This document shows positions 49,726-58,862 of a DNA stretch of 64,000 bases, in pieces. Source of the DNA: Polyangiales bacterium (GTDB lineage: Bacteria > Myxococcota_A > Polyangia > Polyangiales > JADJQN01). Positions within the stretch are counted from its first letter, which is position 1. Every line of letters starts with the position of its first letter. The stretch lies in NCBI GenBank assembly GCA_964202905.1, contig CAXNJO010000001.1, positions 384,001 through 448,000 on the forward strand, written 5' to 3'. The position numbers and the translations under genes were made by a program. The notes under the pieces were generated by a model. It searched no databases. It was not told the DNA's origin and was given only the letters and a program-made list of their open reading frames with translations.

Positions 49726-50352
49726 TCAATGTTGCGGGCCCGCGGTGGGGGGCCGGGCAAGGAGCGCCTCGAGGCGCCGGACGAGCGCCGCTTCGTCGGG
49801 CACCCCCGTCTCGACCCCGCGCACGACGCCCTCCCGGTCGAGGAACACGAGCGTCGGCAGCGCCTCGACGCGGTAGGCCGCGCGCAGCGTGCCCGCGCGG
49901 TCGGCCACGCTCGGGAAGCCCGCGCCGAGGCGCCGGTGCGCGAGCCGCAGCGCCACGTCGGGCAACCCCGGCGCGTCGACGTCCACGCCCACGAAGGTGA
50001 CGCCACGCGCGCGGAGACGCGCCGCGACCCGGCCGAGGATCGGCGTCGACACCCGGCATGGACCGCACCAGGTCGCCCAGAAATCGAGCACGACGACCTC
50101 GCCTTGGAGGCCCGCGAGGTGGATGAGGTCGCCCGCCTCGGCGCCGTCTCCCGCGGCCACGGGCAGCGTGAAGTGCGGCGCCGCGAGCCCCTCGAGCGGA
50201 TGCCGGTTGCTGCATTGCGACACCCAGAGCGCGCCCACGCCGATCGCGAGAAGCGCGAGGAGCGCCTGCGCTCCGCGGCCACCGCCGCCCGTCTCGCCGG
50301 CTACGGGCGCCCGGCGCGGTCCATCCTCGGGGAGTCGAGGGGGCTCGGTCAT
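49726..50352 (-). CDS. TlpA/ResA-family thiol-disulfide oxidoreductase
   Basis: TM anchor, APHFTLP, VLDFWATWCGPC and YRVEALPTLVFLDREG. Confidence 0.92.
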   Translation of the reverse strand: MTEPPRLPEDGPRRAPVAGETGGGGRGAQALLALLAIGVGALWVSQCSNRHPLEGLAAPHFTLPVAAGDGAEAGDLIHLAGLQGEVVVLDFWATWCGPCRVSTPILGRVAARLRARGVTFVGVDVDAPGLPDVALRLAHRRLGAGFPSVADRAGTLRAAYRVEALPTLVFLDREGVVRGVETGVPDEAALVRRLEALLARPPTAGPQH

Positions 50353-51896
50353 CGCGCCCCGCGCAAGGGCAGCCGGATGCGGAAGCGCGCGCCCCCTCCC
50401 TGCGCCTCCTCACAGCGGATGTCGCCCTCGTGCTCGAGGACGATCTTCTTCACGATCGCGAGCCCGAGCCCCGTGCCATCCACGCGCGTCGTGAAATACG
50501 GGTCGAAGACCTGCGCGCGCGCGCCCTCGGGGATGCCCGGCCCATCGTCGCGCACCTCGAGCACCGCGTCGCCCGCGTCGCGGAACGCCGCGATCACCAC
50601 GCGACCGCCGCCGTCCGGTCGCGCCGCGTGCAGCGCCTGCACCGCGTTGCGCACCAGGTTGTCGACACAACGCTTGAGCATCATCGCGTCGATGCGGACG
50701 GGCAGCGGCCCGCCCAACGCCTCGGCGCGGATCGCGACGGCGTCCCCCGGCCCCGCGCTCTGCGCCGCCTCCGCGACCGCCGCGAGCGAGCGGCCCGCGT
50801 CGAGCACGAAGTCCGCGAGGTCCGCCGGCTCGAGCCGCGCCTCGGGGAGCTTCGCGAAGGCCGAGAACTCCGTGACGAGCCGGCGGAGCGTCGCGACCTC
50901 TTCCTCGACGATGGCGCGCGCCTCGCCGAGCGTGCGCCGGTAGCCGGCGTCCTGTCCTTTGTATCGTTCGTGAGCCTCCTGCACCGCGAGCTGGATCGGG
51001 GTCAGCGGATTCTTGATCTCGTGGGCGAGGCGCCGGGCGAACTCCTGCCACGCGCCGATGCGCTGGAGGTACTCGATGCGGTCGCGGGAGGCGCGCATGT
51101 CGCGGACCATCTGGTTGAAGGCCTGCGTCAGCTCGCCGACCTCGTCGCTCCCCTGCGCGGGCAGCTCCACGCCGAGGTCCCCCGCGCCGATGCGCTTGGT
51201 CGCGTCCGCGATGACGCCCACGCGGCGCGTCACGCGTCGCGCGAGCGTGCTCGCGACGACCAGCGCGAGGATCGTGAGCGTCACGACGAAGACGACGTAG
51301 ACCAGCAGGTACGTGCGCGAGACGTAGCCCTTGCTCGACTCGAGTTGCGCGAAGACCTCCGCCGTTTCGCCCGCGCGCTGGAAGTCCGCGAACGGTGCCG
51401 CCGGCACCGCGACGCCCACGGCGACCGCTGCGCCCGCGGCGGGCCCGGCGAGCGAGCGTGTCTCATCGACGATACGAGCGCGCGACGGGTCCAGACGCTC
51501 GACGCGCGCTGCGGTGAACGCGCGACCATCGGGGAGGCGGACGACGACGCGCGCGACGACGTCGTAGCGCGCGAGCGCGGCTTCGAGGGCGGCGCGGATG
51601 GCGGGCTCGTCCCCCGCGACGACCGCGTCCCGCAGCCCGGCACCGAAGGCGACGGCGTCCGCGGTGCGTGCCGCGTCCGCCCGGAGCGCGATGAAGTGCG
51701 TGCGGTAGAGCGCGAGCCCCTCCTCGAGCTGCGCGCCGACGCGTCGGTTCACGCCGACCTCGTAGGCCTCGCCGATCGCGACCAGCCCGAACGTCACGGT
51801 GCCGGCGAGGGGCAACAACGCGACCAGCACGATCGACCAGAGGATCCGCTGCTCGAAACGCGTGAAGCGGAACGTGTCGCGCGAGGGCCGCCACAT
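50349..51896 (-). CDS. HAMP-domain sensor histidine kinase (NtrY-like)
   Basis: Two TM helices, HAMP (DEVGELTQAFNQM), H-box AWQEFARRLAHEIKNPLTPIQL, NLVRNA, DDGPG and GTGLGL. Confidence 0.93.
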   Translation of the reverse strand: MWRPSRDTFRFTRFEQRILWSIVLVALLPLAGTVTFGLVAIGEAYEVGVNRRVGAQLEEGLALYRTHFIALRADAARTADAVAFGAGLRDAVVAGDEPAIRAALEAALARYDVVARVVVRLPDGRAFTAARVERLDPSRARIVDETRSLAGPAAGAAVAVGVAVPAAPFADFQRAGETAEVFAQLESSKGYVSRTYLLVYVVFVVTLTILALVVASTLARRVTRRVGVIADATKRIGAGDLGVELPAQGSDEVGELTQAFNQMVRDMRASRDRIEYLQRIGAWQEFARRLAHEIKNPLTPIQLAVQEAHERYKGQDAGYRRTLGEARAIVEEEVATLRRLVTEFSAFAKLPEARLEPADLADFVLDAGRSLAAVAEAAQSAGPGDAVAIRAEALGGPLPVRIDAMMLKRCVDNLVRNAVQALHAARPDGGGRVVIAAFRDAGDAVLEVRDDGPGIPEGARAQVFDPYFTTRVDGTGLGLAIVKKIVLEHEGDIRCEEAQGGGARFRIRLPLRGAR

Positions 51897-52579
51897 CAGG
51901 GCACCCGCACCGGCTGCGACTGGAAGCTCAACACGCGCTCGGCCGCGCCGATCCGCCGGTTGACGAAGAGGCTCACGAACGAACCGAAGAACGCGTCGTT
52001 CTGCACCGGCCCGCCCCCCGAGTCGGCGAGCCAGCGCCGGATTCGCCTGACGGTGTCCGGGGACAGCGGGTTGAACTCGACGAGCACCGCGAAATACACG
52101 CGCCCGCCGCGGTGCGCGGTCCATGCGCGCGCCCCGCCGACCGGGAGGCCGCGCACCTCGAGGCAGCGACGGAGCACGCCCTCCAGGGTCGCGATCGACT
52201 CCGTGCGGTCCCCCGAGGCCGACTGCAACTGGACGCGGTAGCGCTCTTCCAGGAAATCACGAGTGATACGGCAGGAGAGCGGGGCCACCGCGATCGGCGT
52301 TCGATTGTTGCTCGATCGATACGCGTACACACGCATCACGACGTTCTGCGGGAGGCCGCTGTCGAGCTTGCGGCGCAGGGCGGGTGTCGCGACGTCACGC
52401 GCGGAGAAGTGCAGCTCGGGCACGCCGCCCGACCAGCGCACGCCGAGGGTGCGGCCGGCGACGTCTTGCGCGCGGGCGCTGCGTGGTTGCATCCCCGCGA
52501 CCGCGGCGACGGCGAGCAGCGAGAGCAGCGCGACGCTCGACGCGCGGAGCACGGCGCGCCTGGACGTCCGGCGGCTCAT
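51896..52579 (-). CDS. DUF4390-like exported protein
   Basis: Signal peptide, LRRKLDSGLP...YRV...VEFNPL pattern, and position directly upstream of an NtrY-like kinase. Confidence 0.6.
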   Translation of the reverse strand: MSRRTSRRAVLRASSVALLSLLAVAAVAGMQPRSARAQDVAGRTLGVRWSGGVPELHFSARDVATPALRRKLDSGLPQNVVMRVYAYRSSNNRTPIAVAPLSCRITRDFLEERYRVQLQSASGDRTESIATLEGVLRRCLEVRGLPVGGARAWTAHRGGRVYFAVLVEFNPLSPDTVRRIRRWLADSGGGPVQNDAFFGSFVSLFVNRRIGAAERVLSFQSQPVRVP

Positions 52580-54201
52580 GGCTGCACGAAGCCGATCACG
52601 CTGGAGAAGCCGAGTTGGAACACGCCGACGTCGGTGTCCGCGCGCAGGCCGAGGTCGAAGGTCGCGTCGATCGGCACGCGGGAGAAGCCGTCGAAGCCCG
52701 GCACGCCGAGCTGGACGTCGCGCTGCGAGAACAGCGCGTAGACGCCCGCGGACACGTACGCGTCGACGGCGTAGAGCCCCGAGCTGCCGCGGTGCAGCGG
52801 CAGCGCGTACTCGACGTCGAGGCGCGCGGCGAGGTCTTCGGCGCGCATGAAGCGGATCGCGGTGCCGAACAGATCGGGGGGCGGGCGGCGGTCGAGGTTC
52901 AGCTCGAGCGCGCGCGAGGGGATGAGATCCGAGAGGTCGGACACGTAGAACTTGTAGAAAAACGGCGCTCGGCCGAACACGACCCCGGCGAACGCGCCGA
53001 AGCGCAGCACATGCCGCCAGGGGAGCGGCACGTAGTGCAGCACCGACGCCTGCACGCGGAGGAAGTGGTAGTCCGAGCCCAGGAGCTGCGTGCCGAGATC
53101 GCCGCGCACCTGCACGATCACGCCGCGCGTCGGGAGCGCGGGATCGTCGCGGCGGTCGTAGACGAAGCCGAGCTGCAGCGCCGACACCATGGAGATCCCG
53201 CGCTGGATCGAGAAGTCGATGGCGCGCGTGCTGCCGTTGCGCGACTCCGACGCGGCGGCGGGGACGCTGAACGCGTCGATGTACTCGCCTTGCCAATCGA
53301 GCGTGTAACGGGCGAACGCGCCGATGTCGTGGCCGGTGCCGAGGCTGCCGCCGAAGCGTCGGTAGAGCAGGACCGCGTTGCGCGCATCGAAATCGTCGGG
53401 GCAGTCGGCGGGATCAGGCGTGGTACATCCGGCGCGGGCGATCGAGACGTTCTCGCTGCCGAAGAAGTCGCGGGCGTTGTTGGCGAGCCCGCTCGCCGCG
53501 AACGTGTAGCCGCTGCCGAGGAAGTCGGGGTCGGCGAAGCGCAAGCGCGCGGCCTGTTGGGGCGCCGAGAAGAGGAACGCGCCGCCGAGCGTGATGCCCG
53601 TGCCGAGGAGGTTCGTCTCGGCGAGCTGCGCGCCTGCGTACCCGACGGCGTCCGCGCTGGGGTCGCCGCTGCGCAGGATGCCCTCCGACACGCCGCCGTA
53701 GAGCTGCTGGATGACGAGGGTGTTGCGCTCCTCGAGCTCGATCACGAGCCGCACGCGGCCGCGCTGGGAGCCGCGCTCGAGCGAGAGGTGCACGTCGCGG
53801 AACCAGCCCGTCCCGAGGAGGCGCCAGCGGATCGCCTCGATGCGCGGGTCGTCGACGTCGAGCACCTCGCCCGGCTCGAGCGGGACGAAGCGGCGCACCA
53901 ACCCCGGGCGTGTCCGCCCGTCGGAGCGCACGATCACGCGCTCGAGCAGGTAGCGGATGCGCGCGTCGGCCTCGTCCCCCGGCGTCGCCTCCACGATGAC
54001 CGCGTCCGCGGGCTCCGGGGACGCGGCCGCGGGCGCCGTGGGCGCCGCGTCGGGCGGTGCGTCCGTCTGAGCGTCGCGCTGCGCGTCGGGGGCCGCGGTG
54101 ACGTCCTGCGCACCCGCCGCGGACGCACTGATGGTGCCTGCGCACAGGGCGAAGGCGAGCGCCCACGTCGGCGTCGGTATGGCGGGGGAGCGTCGCGACA
54201 C
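52576..54201 (-). CDS. Omp85 (BamA/TamA-family) outer membrane protein with a single POTRA-like domain
   Basis: Signal peptide, POTRA-like RTRPGLVRRF...LLGTGWFRDV...IELEERNT, ETNLLGTG, YDRRDDPALPTRG, and amphipathic beta strands. Start 54201 (GTG) or 54210. Confidence 0.85.
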   Translation of the reverse strand: MSRRSPAIPTPTWALAFALCAGTISASAAGAQDVTAAPDAQRDAQTDAPPDAAPTAPAAASPEPADAVIVEATPGDEADARIRYLLERVIVRSDGRTRPGLVRRFVPLEPGEVLDVDDPRIEAIRWRLLGTGWFRDVHLSLERGSQRGRVRLVIELEERNTLVIQQLYGGVSEGILRSGDPSADAVGYAGAQLAETNLLGTGITLGGAFLFSAPQQAARLRFADPDFLGSGYTFAASGLANNARDFFGSENVSIARAGCTTPDPADCPDDFDARNAVLLYRRFGGSLGTGHDIGAFARYTLDWQGEYIDAFSVPAAASESRNGSTRAIDFSIQRGISMVSALQLGFVYDRRDDPALPTRGVIVQVRGDLGTQLLGSDYHFLRVQASVLHYVPLPWRHVLRFGAFAGVVFGRAPFFYKFYVSDLSDLIPSRALELNLDRRPPPDLFGTAIRFMRAEDLAARLDVEYALPLHRGSSGLYAVDAYVSAGVYALFSQRDVQLGVPGFDGFSRVPIDATFDLGLRADTDVGVFQLGFSSVIGFVQP

Positions 54202-54257
54202 GGCGGCCATCCTAGAGCACGGAGACGAACGAATCGCGGGTGTTCATTCGGGTTTTC

Positions 54258-54295
54258 GTGCCGTCGGCGGCACCTCGCGGCACGGGTGTGCCGCG
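54258..54295. terminator. Two adjacent GC-rich hairpins just downstream of the DUF4388 gene; possible terminator or processing site
   Basis: GTGCCG-tcgg-CGGCAC at 54258-54273 and CGCGGCAC-gggt-GTGCCGCG at 54276-54295. No U-tract on the minus strand. Confidence 0.3.
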
Positions 54296-54299
54296 CGAT

Positions 54300-55460
54300 T
54301 CAGCGCGCCCGGAGGAGGACGCCCGCGAACGCCGCGAGCGCCGCGAGCGCGAGGACCAGGCCACCGACGAAGCCGGCGAGCGCGCGGCGGTCGGTCGGCG
54401 CGGCGTGCGCACGGGGGCGCGCGACCTGCGACGGGATGGCTGCGACGCGGCGCGCATGCGCCCCGGCGAGCGGGGCGATCTCCTCTGTGACGTAAACGAT
54501 ACGTACGGTCGCCTCGCGGGGCGCGCGCGCCGGCGGCGGCACGGAAGGGGCCCGCACGGCGGGCTGCGCCTGCGGCGGCGAGGAGCGCGCCGGCGCGCGA
54601 CGCTTCTCCGCCTCGTCGACGATGGCGCCGAGCGTCGTCTCCACGACGCGCAAGAAACGCTGCCCGGTGTCGTCACGGCGGCGCGCGCGGGCATGCGGGA
54701 GCGGAACCGTCGCGTCCTCGCGACCGCGAGCGCGGCGCGCGGCGATCTCACCGCTGGCCACCTCGGCGGCCAGCGCGCCCTCCCCCGCGGCGCCCTCGCG
54801 AATCGCCGCGGCACCGTGGGCACGCGCGTCCGACGTCGCCGCCCGGAGCGCCCCTCGTGTCTCCGTCACAGCGCCCTCCGCGCCCGCCACGAACGACGGC
54901 TCGGCGTCGTCGGTGTCCCCCGCGCCGGGCGCCGGACGTGCGGGTTGCGCCGGACCGGGAGGGAGCTCGGCCTCGATGTGGAACGTGCCGCTCTCCCACG
55001 CGAAGACCGCGCTGAGATCGCCCTCGCCGCGCCCGACGAGCTGGATCTCGACGAGCTCGCCCCGCTCGTAGCGGGCCTCGGCGCGCTCGTCGGCGCGCGT
55101 GAGTGTGAGGCGCCCGCTGAGGCCAGCGCGCTCGCACCAGCCCATCAGATCGGCCGGGATGTGCACGGCGAGCGAACCGGAGCGCGTGCGCGCGTCGCCC
55201 TGCGACACGGGCAGCGACGGGAGCCGCTCCCGCACCTCGTAGCGCCCGCTCTGCGCGTCGAGCAGCGCCTCGAGCGGGTCGGGTTCACCCGGCGCCGACG
55301 CAGGCTCGACGAGGGCCCCCGCGAGCAGCGCGACCTCGCGCCAGGCGCCGTCGTGCTCGAAGCGCAGCACGCCCGAGATCCGCCGCGCTTCGAGGTCGCG
55401 CAGGAGCACGCCGACACCCCCGGCGGAGAATTCACCTTCCAGAACGACGTCGCCCGCCAT
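54300..55460 (-). CDS. DUF4388 (PatA-N-like) domain protein with a low-complexity linker and C-terminal TM
   Basis: LEGEF...LEARRISGVLRF and SGSLA...DLMGWCERAGLSGRLTL...YERGELV...FAWESGTF. C-terminal hydrophobic helix. Confidence 0.65.
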   Translation of the reverse strand: MAGDVVLEGEFSAGGVGVLLRDLEARRISGVLRFEHDGAWREVALLAGALVEPASAPGEPDPLEALLDAQSGRYEVRERLPSLPVSQGDARTRSGSLAVHIPADLMGWCERAGLSGRLTLTRADERAEARYERGELVEIQLVGRGEGDLSAVFAWESGTFHIEAELPPGPAQPARPAPGAGDTDDAEPSFVAGAEGAVTETRGALRAATSDARAHGAAAIREGAAGEGALAAEVASGEIAARRARGREDATVPLPHARARRRDDTGQRFLRVVETTLGAIVDEAEKRRAPARSSPPQAQPAVRAPSVPPPARAPREATVRIVYVTEEIAPLAGAHARRVAAIPSQVARPRAHAAPTDRRALAGFVGGLVLALAALAAFAGVLLRAR

Positions 55461-55535
55461 CGCCGACGAGTGTCGACGATGCGCGGGCGACAAGCAACGA
55501 ACCCGGAGCGCAGGGCCCATGCGGGCCCCGTCTGC

Positions 55536-56795
55536 TCACGGGAAGATGTCGCGCTCCTTGTAGGCCGCCGCGAGCTTCTGAAGCGCGAGGCCGTAGGCCG
55601 CGACGCGCATCGAGGTGCCATGCTCGCGCGCGAAGTTCCGTGTGCGGTGGTACGCGCGCTTCATCGCCGTCTCGAGCCGCGCGTCGACCTCCTCGAGCTC
55701 CCACGTCTCCGAGCGCTTGTTCTGGATCCACTCGTAGTAGCTGACCGTCACGCCGCCCGCGTTCGCGAGCACGTCCGGCAGGATGTCGATGCCGCGCTGG
55801 AGCAGGATGTTCTCGCCCTCGGGCGTCGTCGGGCCGTTCGCGCCCTCGGCGACGAGCCGCACCTGGAGCATCCGCGCCTCGTCGACGCCGACCTGGTTCT
55901 CGAGCGCGCAGGGCGCGAAGAGATCGGCCTTCACGGCGAAGAACTCCTCGCGCGTGACGGGCTGCCCGCCCTCGTAGCCCGCGATCGCGCCCGTGCGCTT
56001 CACGTGGTCCATGAGCTTGTGCGGGTTGAAGCCCTCGGGGTTGTAGAGGTAGCCGCTGTGATCACCGACGGCGATCGTCGAGACGCCGAGCTTCGAGAGC
56101 AGCAGGCCCGTGTGCCCGCCGACGTTGCCGAAGCCCTGGATGATCGCGGTCTTGCCCTCGAGCGGGAAGCTCTTCTCGCGCGCCCACTCGGTCACGCAGT
56201 GGATCAGGCCCTGCGCCGTCGCCTTCTCGCGGCCGTTCGATCCGCCGACGGCGAGCGACTTGCCCGTGACGACGCGCTTCTGCGCGTTCTTCTCCACGTG
56301 GCCGACCGTGTTCATGTACGTGTCCATCATCCACGCCATGATCTGGCCGTTGGTGCCGACGTCGGGCGCGGGGATGTCGTACTCGGGCCCGATGTTCGCG
56401 CCGAGCGCGTGCGTGAAGCGCCGCGTGACGCGCATGAGCTCACCGCTCGAGAGCTCGCGCGGGTTGAACTTCACGCCGCCCTTGCCGCCGCCGAAGGGGA
56501 TGTCCATCAGCGCGCACTTCCACGTCATCATGGCGGCGAGCGCCTTGGTGTCGTCGAGCGTGACGTTCTCGTGGTAGCGGATGCCGCCCTTGAAGGGCCC
56601 GAGCATGTTGTTGTGCTGGATGCGGTAGCCCTTGAAGAGCCGCACCTCGCCGTTGTCCATGCGCACCGGGAAGTGAACGATGATCTCGTTCTTCGGCTGC
56701 GAGAGAATCAGCGCGACGTGCTTCGGGAGATCGCACGCCTTCGCTGCCTGATCGAGATAGCCCTGGATGACCTTGAAAAACTCGAACTCGGCCAT
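55536..56795 (-). CDS. gdhA: Glutamate dehydrogenase (Glu/Leu/Phe/Val family)
   Basis: GPFKGGIRYH, MTWKCA, GGGKGG, DIPAPDVGT, QGFGNVG, EGANGP and NAGGVTVSYYEW. Confidence 0.93.
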   Translation of the reverse strand: MAEFEFFKVIQGYLDQAAKACDLPKHVALILSQPKNEIIVHFPVRMDNGEVRLFKGYRIQHNNMLGPFKGGIRYHENVTLDDTKALAAMMTWKCALMDIPFGGGKGGVKFNPRELSSGELMRVTRRFTHALGANIGPEYDIPAPDVGTNGQIMAWMMDTYMNTVGHVEKNAQKRVVTGKSLAVGGSNGREKATAQGLIHCVTEWAREKSFPLEGKTAIIQGFGNVGGHTGLLLSKLGVSTIAVGDHSGYLYNPEGFNPHKLMDHVKRTGAIAGYEGGQPVTREEFFAVKADLFAPCALENQVGVDEARMLQVRLVAEGANGPTTPEGENILLQRGIDILPDVLANAGGVTVSYYEWIQNKRSETWELEEVDARLETAMKRAYHRTRNFAREHGTSMRVAAYGLALQKLAAAYKERDIFP

Positions 56796-56950
56796 GGTGG
56801 TCCGGCTCCTTTGGGGCGCGCGCGCGGCAATCGCTGCCGGGCGGCGTCGGCGGCAGCTTGATGTCACGCGATTTCGGGGCGCGCCACGACGCAGCGCGTT
56901 GAACGGCCGGCCGCCGCGACACCCGTCGAACGGGTCGCGAGCCGGCGCGG

Positions 56951-57790
56951 TCAGCGCGCGTCGAGCAGCAGGGTAGCGTAGAGCCAGGTCGCGGCGCTCG
57001 TGAAGACGAGCGCGTCGACGCGGTCGAGGAGCCCGCCGTGGCCAGGCACGATGAAGCCGCTGTCCTTCACGCCGGCCGAGCGCTTGATGAGCGACTCGCA
57101 GAGGTCGCCCGCCTGACCGAGCGCGCCGGCGACGACCGCGAGCACGACGCCGTCGACGAGCGGCAGCGCCTGCAAATACCAGAAATGGGCGCAGAGCGCG
57201 CCGAGCACGCTGCCCGCGAGGCCGCCGATCGAGCCCTCGATCGTCTTCTTCGGCGAGACCTTCTCGTAGAGCTTGTGCTTGCCGAACGCGCGGCCCGCGA
57301 AGTAGCCGCCCGTGTCACCCCACCAGGCGAGCATCATCGTCAGCACCACCCAGCCGCCGCCGTTGTCACGCAGGTGCAGGCGACCGAGCGTCGCGAGCAT
57401 GCCGACGTAGAGCGGGCCGGCGATCGTCCACGCGATGCGCCGATCGGCCTCGTCGATCGGGTCCGGGCGCGCGAGCGAGAGCAGCAGCCCGCACATCGGC
57501 AAGAGCGCGAAGGTGGCGAGGAGCGCCGGCGCCGTCGGGGCGTAGAGCTGCACCAGCGCGACCCCGAGCGAGCTCACGACCCCGTAGGCCTCGAGCACGC
57601 GGTCCTTGCCCATCGTCATGGCGAAGAGCTCGTGCGCGGCGATGGCGACCGCCGTGAGCACGAGGGCCTGGAACCCCCACTTCGGGGCCCAGAAGAGCAG
57701 GTAGAGGATCGCCGGGGCCGCGACCGCCGCCGTCAGGAGCCGGACGAGGAGGTTCGAGGGGCCCTTCGCCGCCGCGTCCACGGCGCTCAC
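56951..57790 (-). CDS. cdsA: Phosphatidate cytidylyltransferase
   Basis: DTGGYFAGRAFGKHKL, SPKKTIEG, GDLCESLIKR and KDSGFIVPGHGGLLDRVD. Confidence 0.95.
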   Translation of the reverse strand: MSAVDAAAKGPSNLLVRLLTAAVAAPAILYLLFWAPKWGFQALVLTAVAIAAHELFAMTMGKDRVLEAYGVVSSLGVALVQLYAPTAPALLATFALLPMCGLLLSLARPDPIDEADRRIAWTIAGPLYVGMLATLGRLHLRDNGGGWVVLTMMLAWWGDTGGYFAGRAFGKHKLYEKVSPKKTIEGSIGGLAGSVLGALCAHFWYLQALPLVDGVVLAVVAGALGQAGDLCESLIKRSAGVKDSGFIVPGHGGLLDRVDALVFTSAATWLYATLLLDAR

Positions 57791-58608
57791 CGCGCCCCCA
57801 GCGCGCGCGCGGGCCACGCATCGACGGCGGAGCGCGTCTCGGAGACGGGCACCGCGGGCGGGCGGGCGGGTCCCGGCGGCGGGACGTCGACGCGGACCTT
57901 GCCGAAGCGCCTGTCTCGGTTTTGATACGCAGCGATCGCTTCGTAGAGATCGCTGTCGTCCCAGTCGGGCCAGAGCGTCGCGCTGAAGTAGAGCTCCGCG
58001 TACGCGGCGCCCCAGAGCATGAAGTTCGAGATGCGCTGCTCGCCGCCCGTCCGCACGAGCAGGTCCACCGCGCCGCAGGCCATCGACGGCAGGAGCGCCT
58101 CGATGGCCGCTTCGTCGATGCGCTCGGGCGCGAGCTCCCCGCGCGCGACACGCTCGCCGAGCACGCGCGCGGCGTCTGCGATCTCCTCGCGGCCTCCGTA
58201 CGAGAGCGCGAGCGAGAGCGTCATCGTGCGGTTGTCGCGCGTCGCCTCGACGATCTCGTCGAGCACCTCGCGGACGCGCGGCGGGAGCCGATCGGTGCGC
58301 CCGATGCCGCGCAGGCGGATGTCGTTCGCGAGCAGCTCCTCGCGCTCCGAGAGGAGGAACTCGCGGAGGAGGTCCATGAGCGCCTCGACCTCGGACTGCG
58401 GGCGCGCCCAGTTCTGCTCGCTGAAGGCGTAGAGCGTGAGCGCCGAGAGGCCGAGGCGGCGGCTCGCGCGGACGATGCGCCGGACGGCGTCGGAGCCGAC
58501 GCGATGTCCGTGCGTGCGCGGGTGGCCGAGCAGCTGCGCCCAGCGCCCGTTTCCGTCCATGACGATGGCCACGTGCGCGGGCAGCCGGCTGACGTCGACG
58601 AGGGGCAC
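57787..58608 (-). CDS. uppS: Undecaprenyl diphosphate synthase (cis-prenyltransferase)
   Basis: HVAIVMDGNGRWA, LYAFSEQNWARP, SYGGREEI, RTGGEQRISNFMLW and RDRRFG. Start uncertain. Confidence 0.95.
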   Translation of the reverse strand: MPLVDVSRLPAHVAIVMDGNGRWAQLLGHPRTHGHRVGSDAVRRIVRASRRLGLSALTLYAFSEQNWARPQSEVEALMDLLREFLLSEREELLANDIRLRGIGRTDRLPPRVREVLDEIVEATRDNRTMTLSLALSYGGREEIADAARVLGERVARGELAPERIDEAAIEALLPSMACGAVDLLVRTGGEQRISNFMLWGAAYAELYFSATLWPDWDDSDLYEAIAAYQNRDRRFGKVRVDVPPPGPARPPAVPVSETRSAVDAWPARALGAR

Positions 58609-58862
58609 GTCGCGCGAGTACCACGCGCCGCCGGCCGGCGGCAAGACGAGCAGGGCGAACCGCCGCAGGCGCAGGGCGAGCGGTCTCGCGGCGACGTCCG
58701 CGGGCGCGGGGGCGCGGGGGCGCGGGGGCGCGGGCGTGAGGCCGACGCCGCGAGCGGCGAGCGGCCGGCGCGCGAGGGACGTTTTTGCCGTGGGCGGCGA
58801 CATGCACCCCACACGACGGGCACCGTTGCGGCCGACGCGAGCAGGGCCTACGTCTGCACGTC

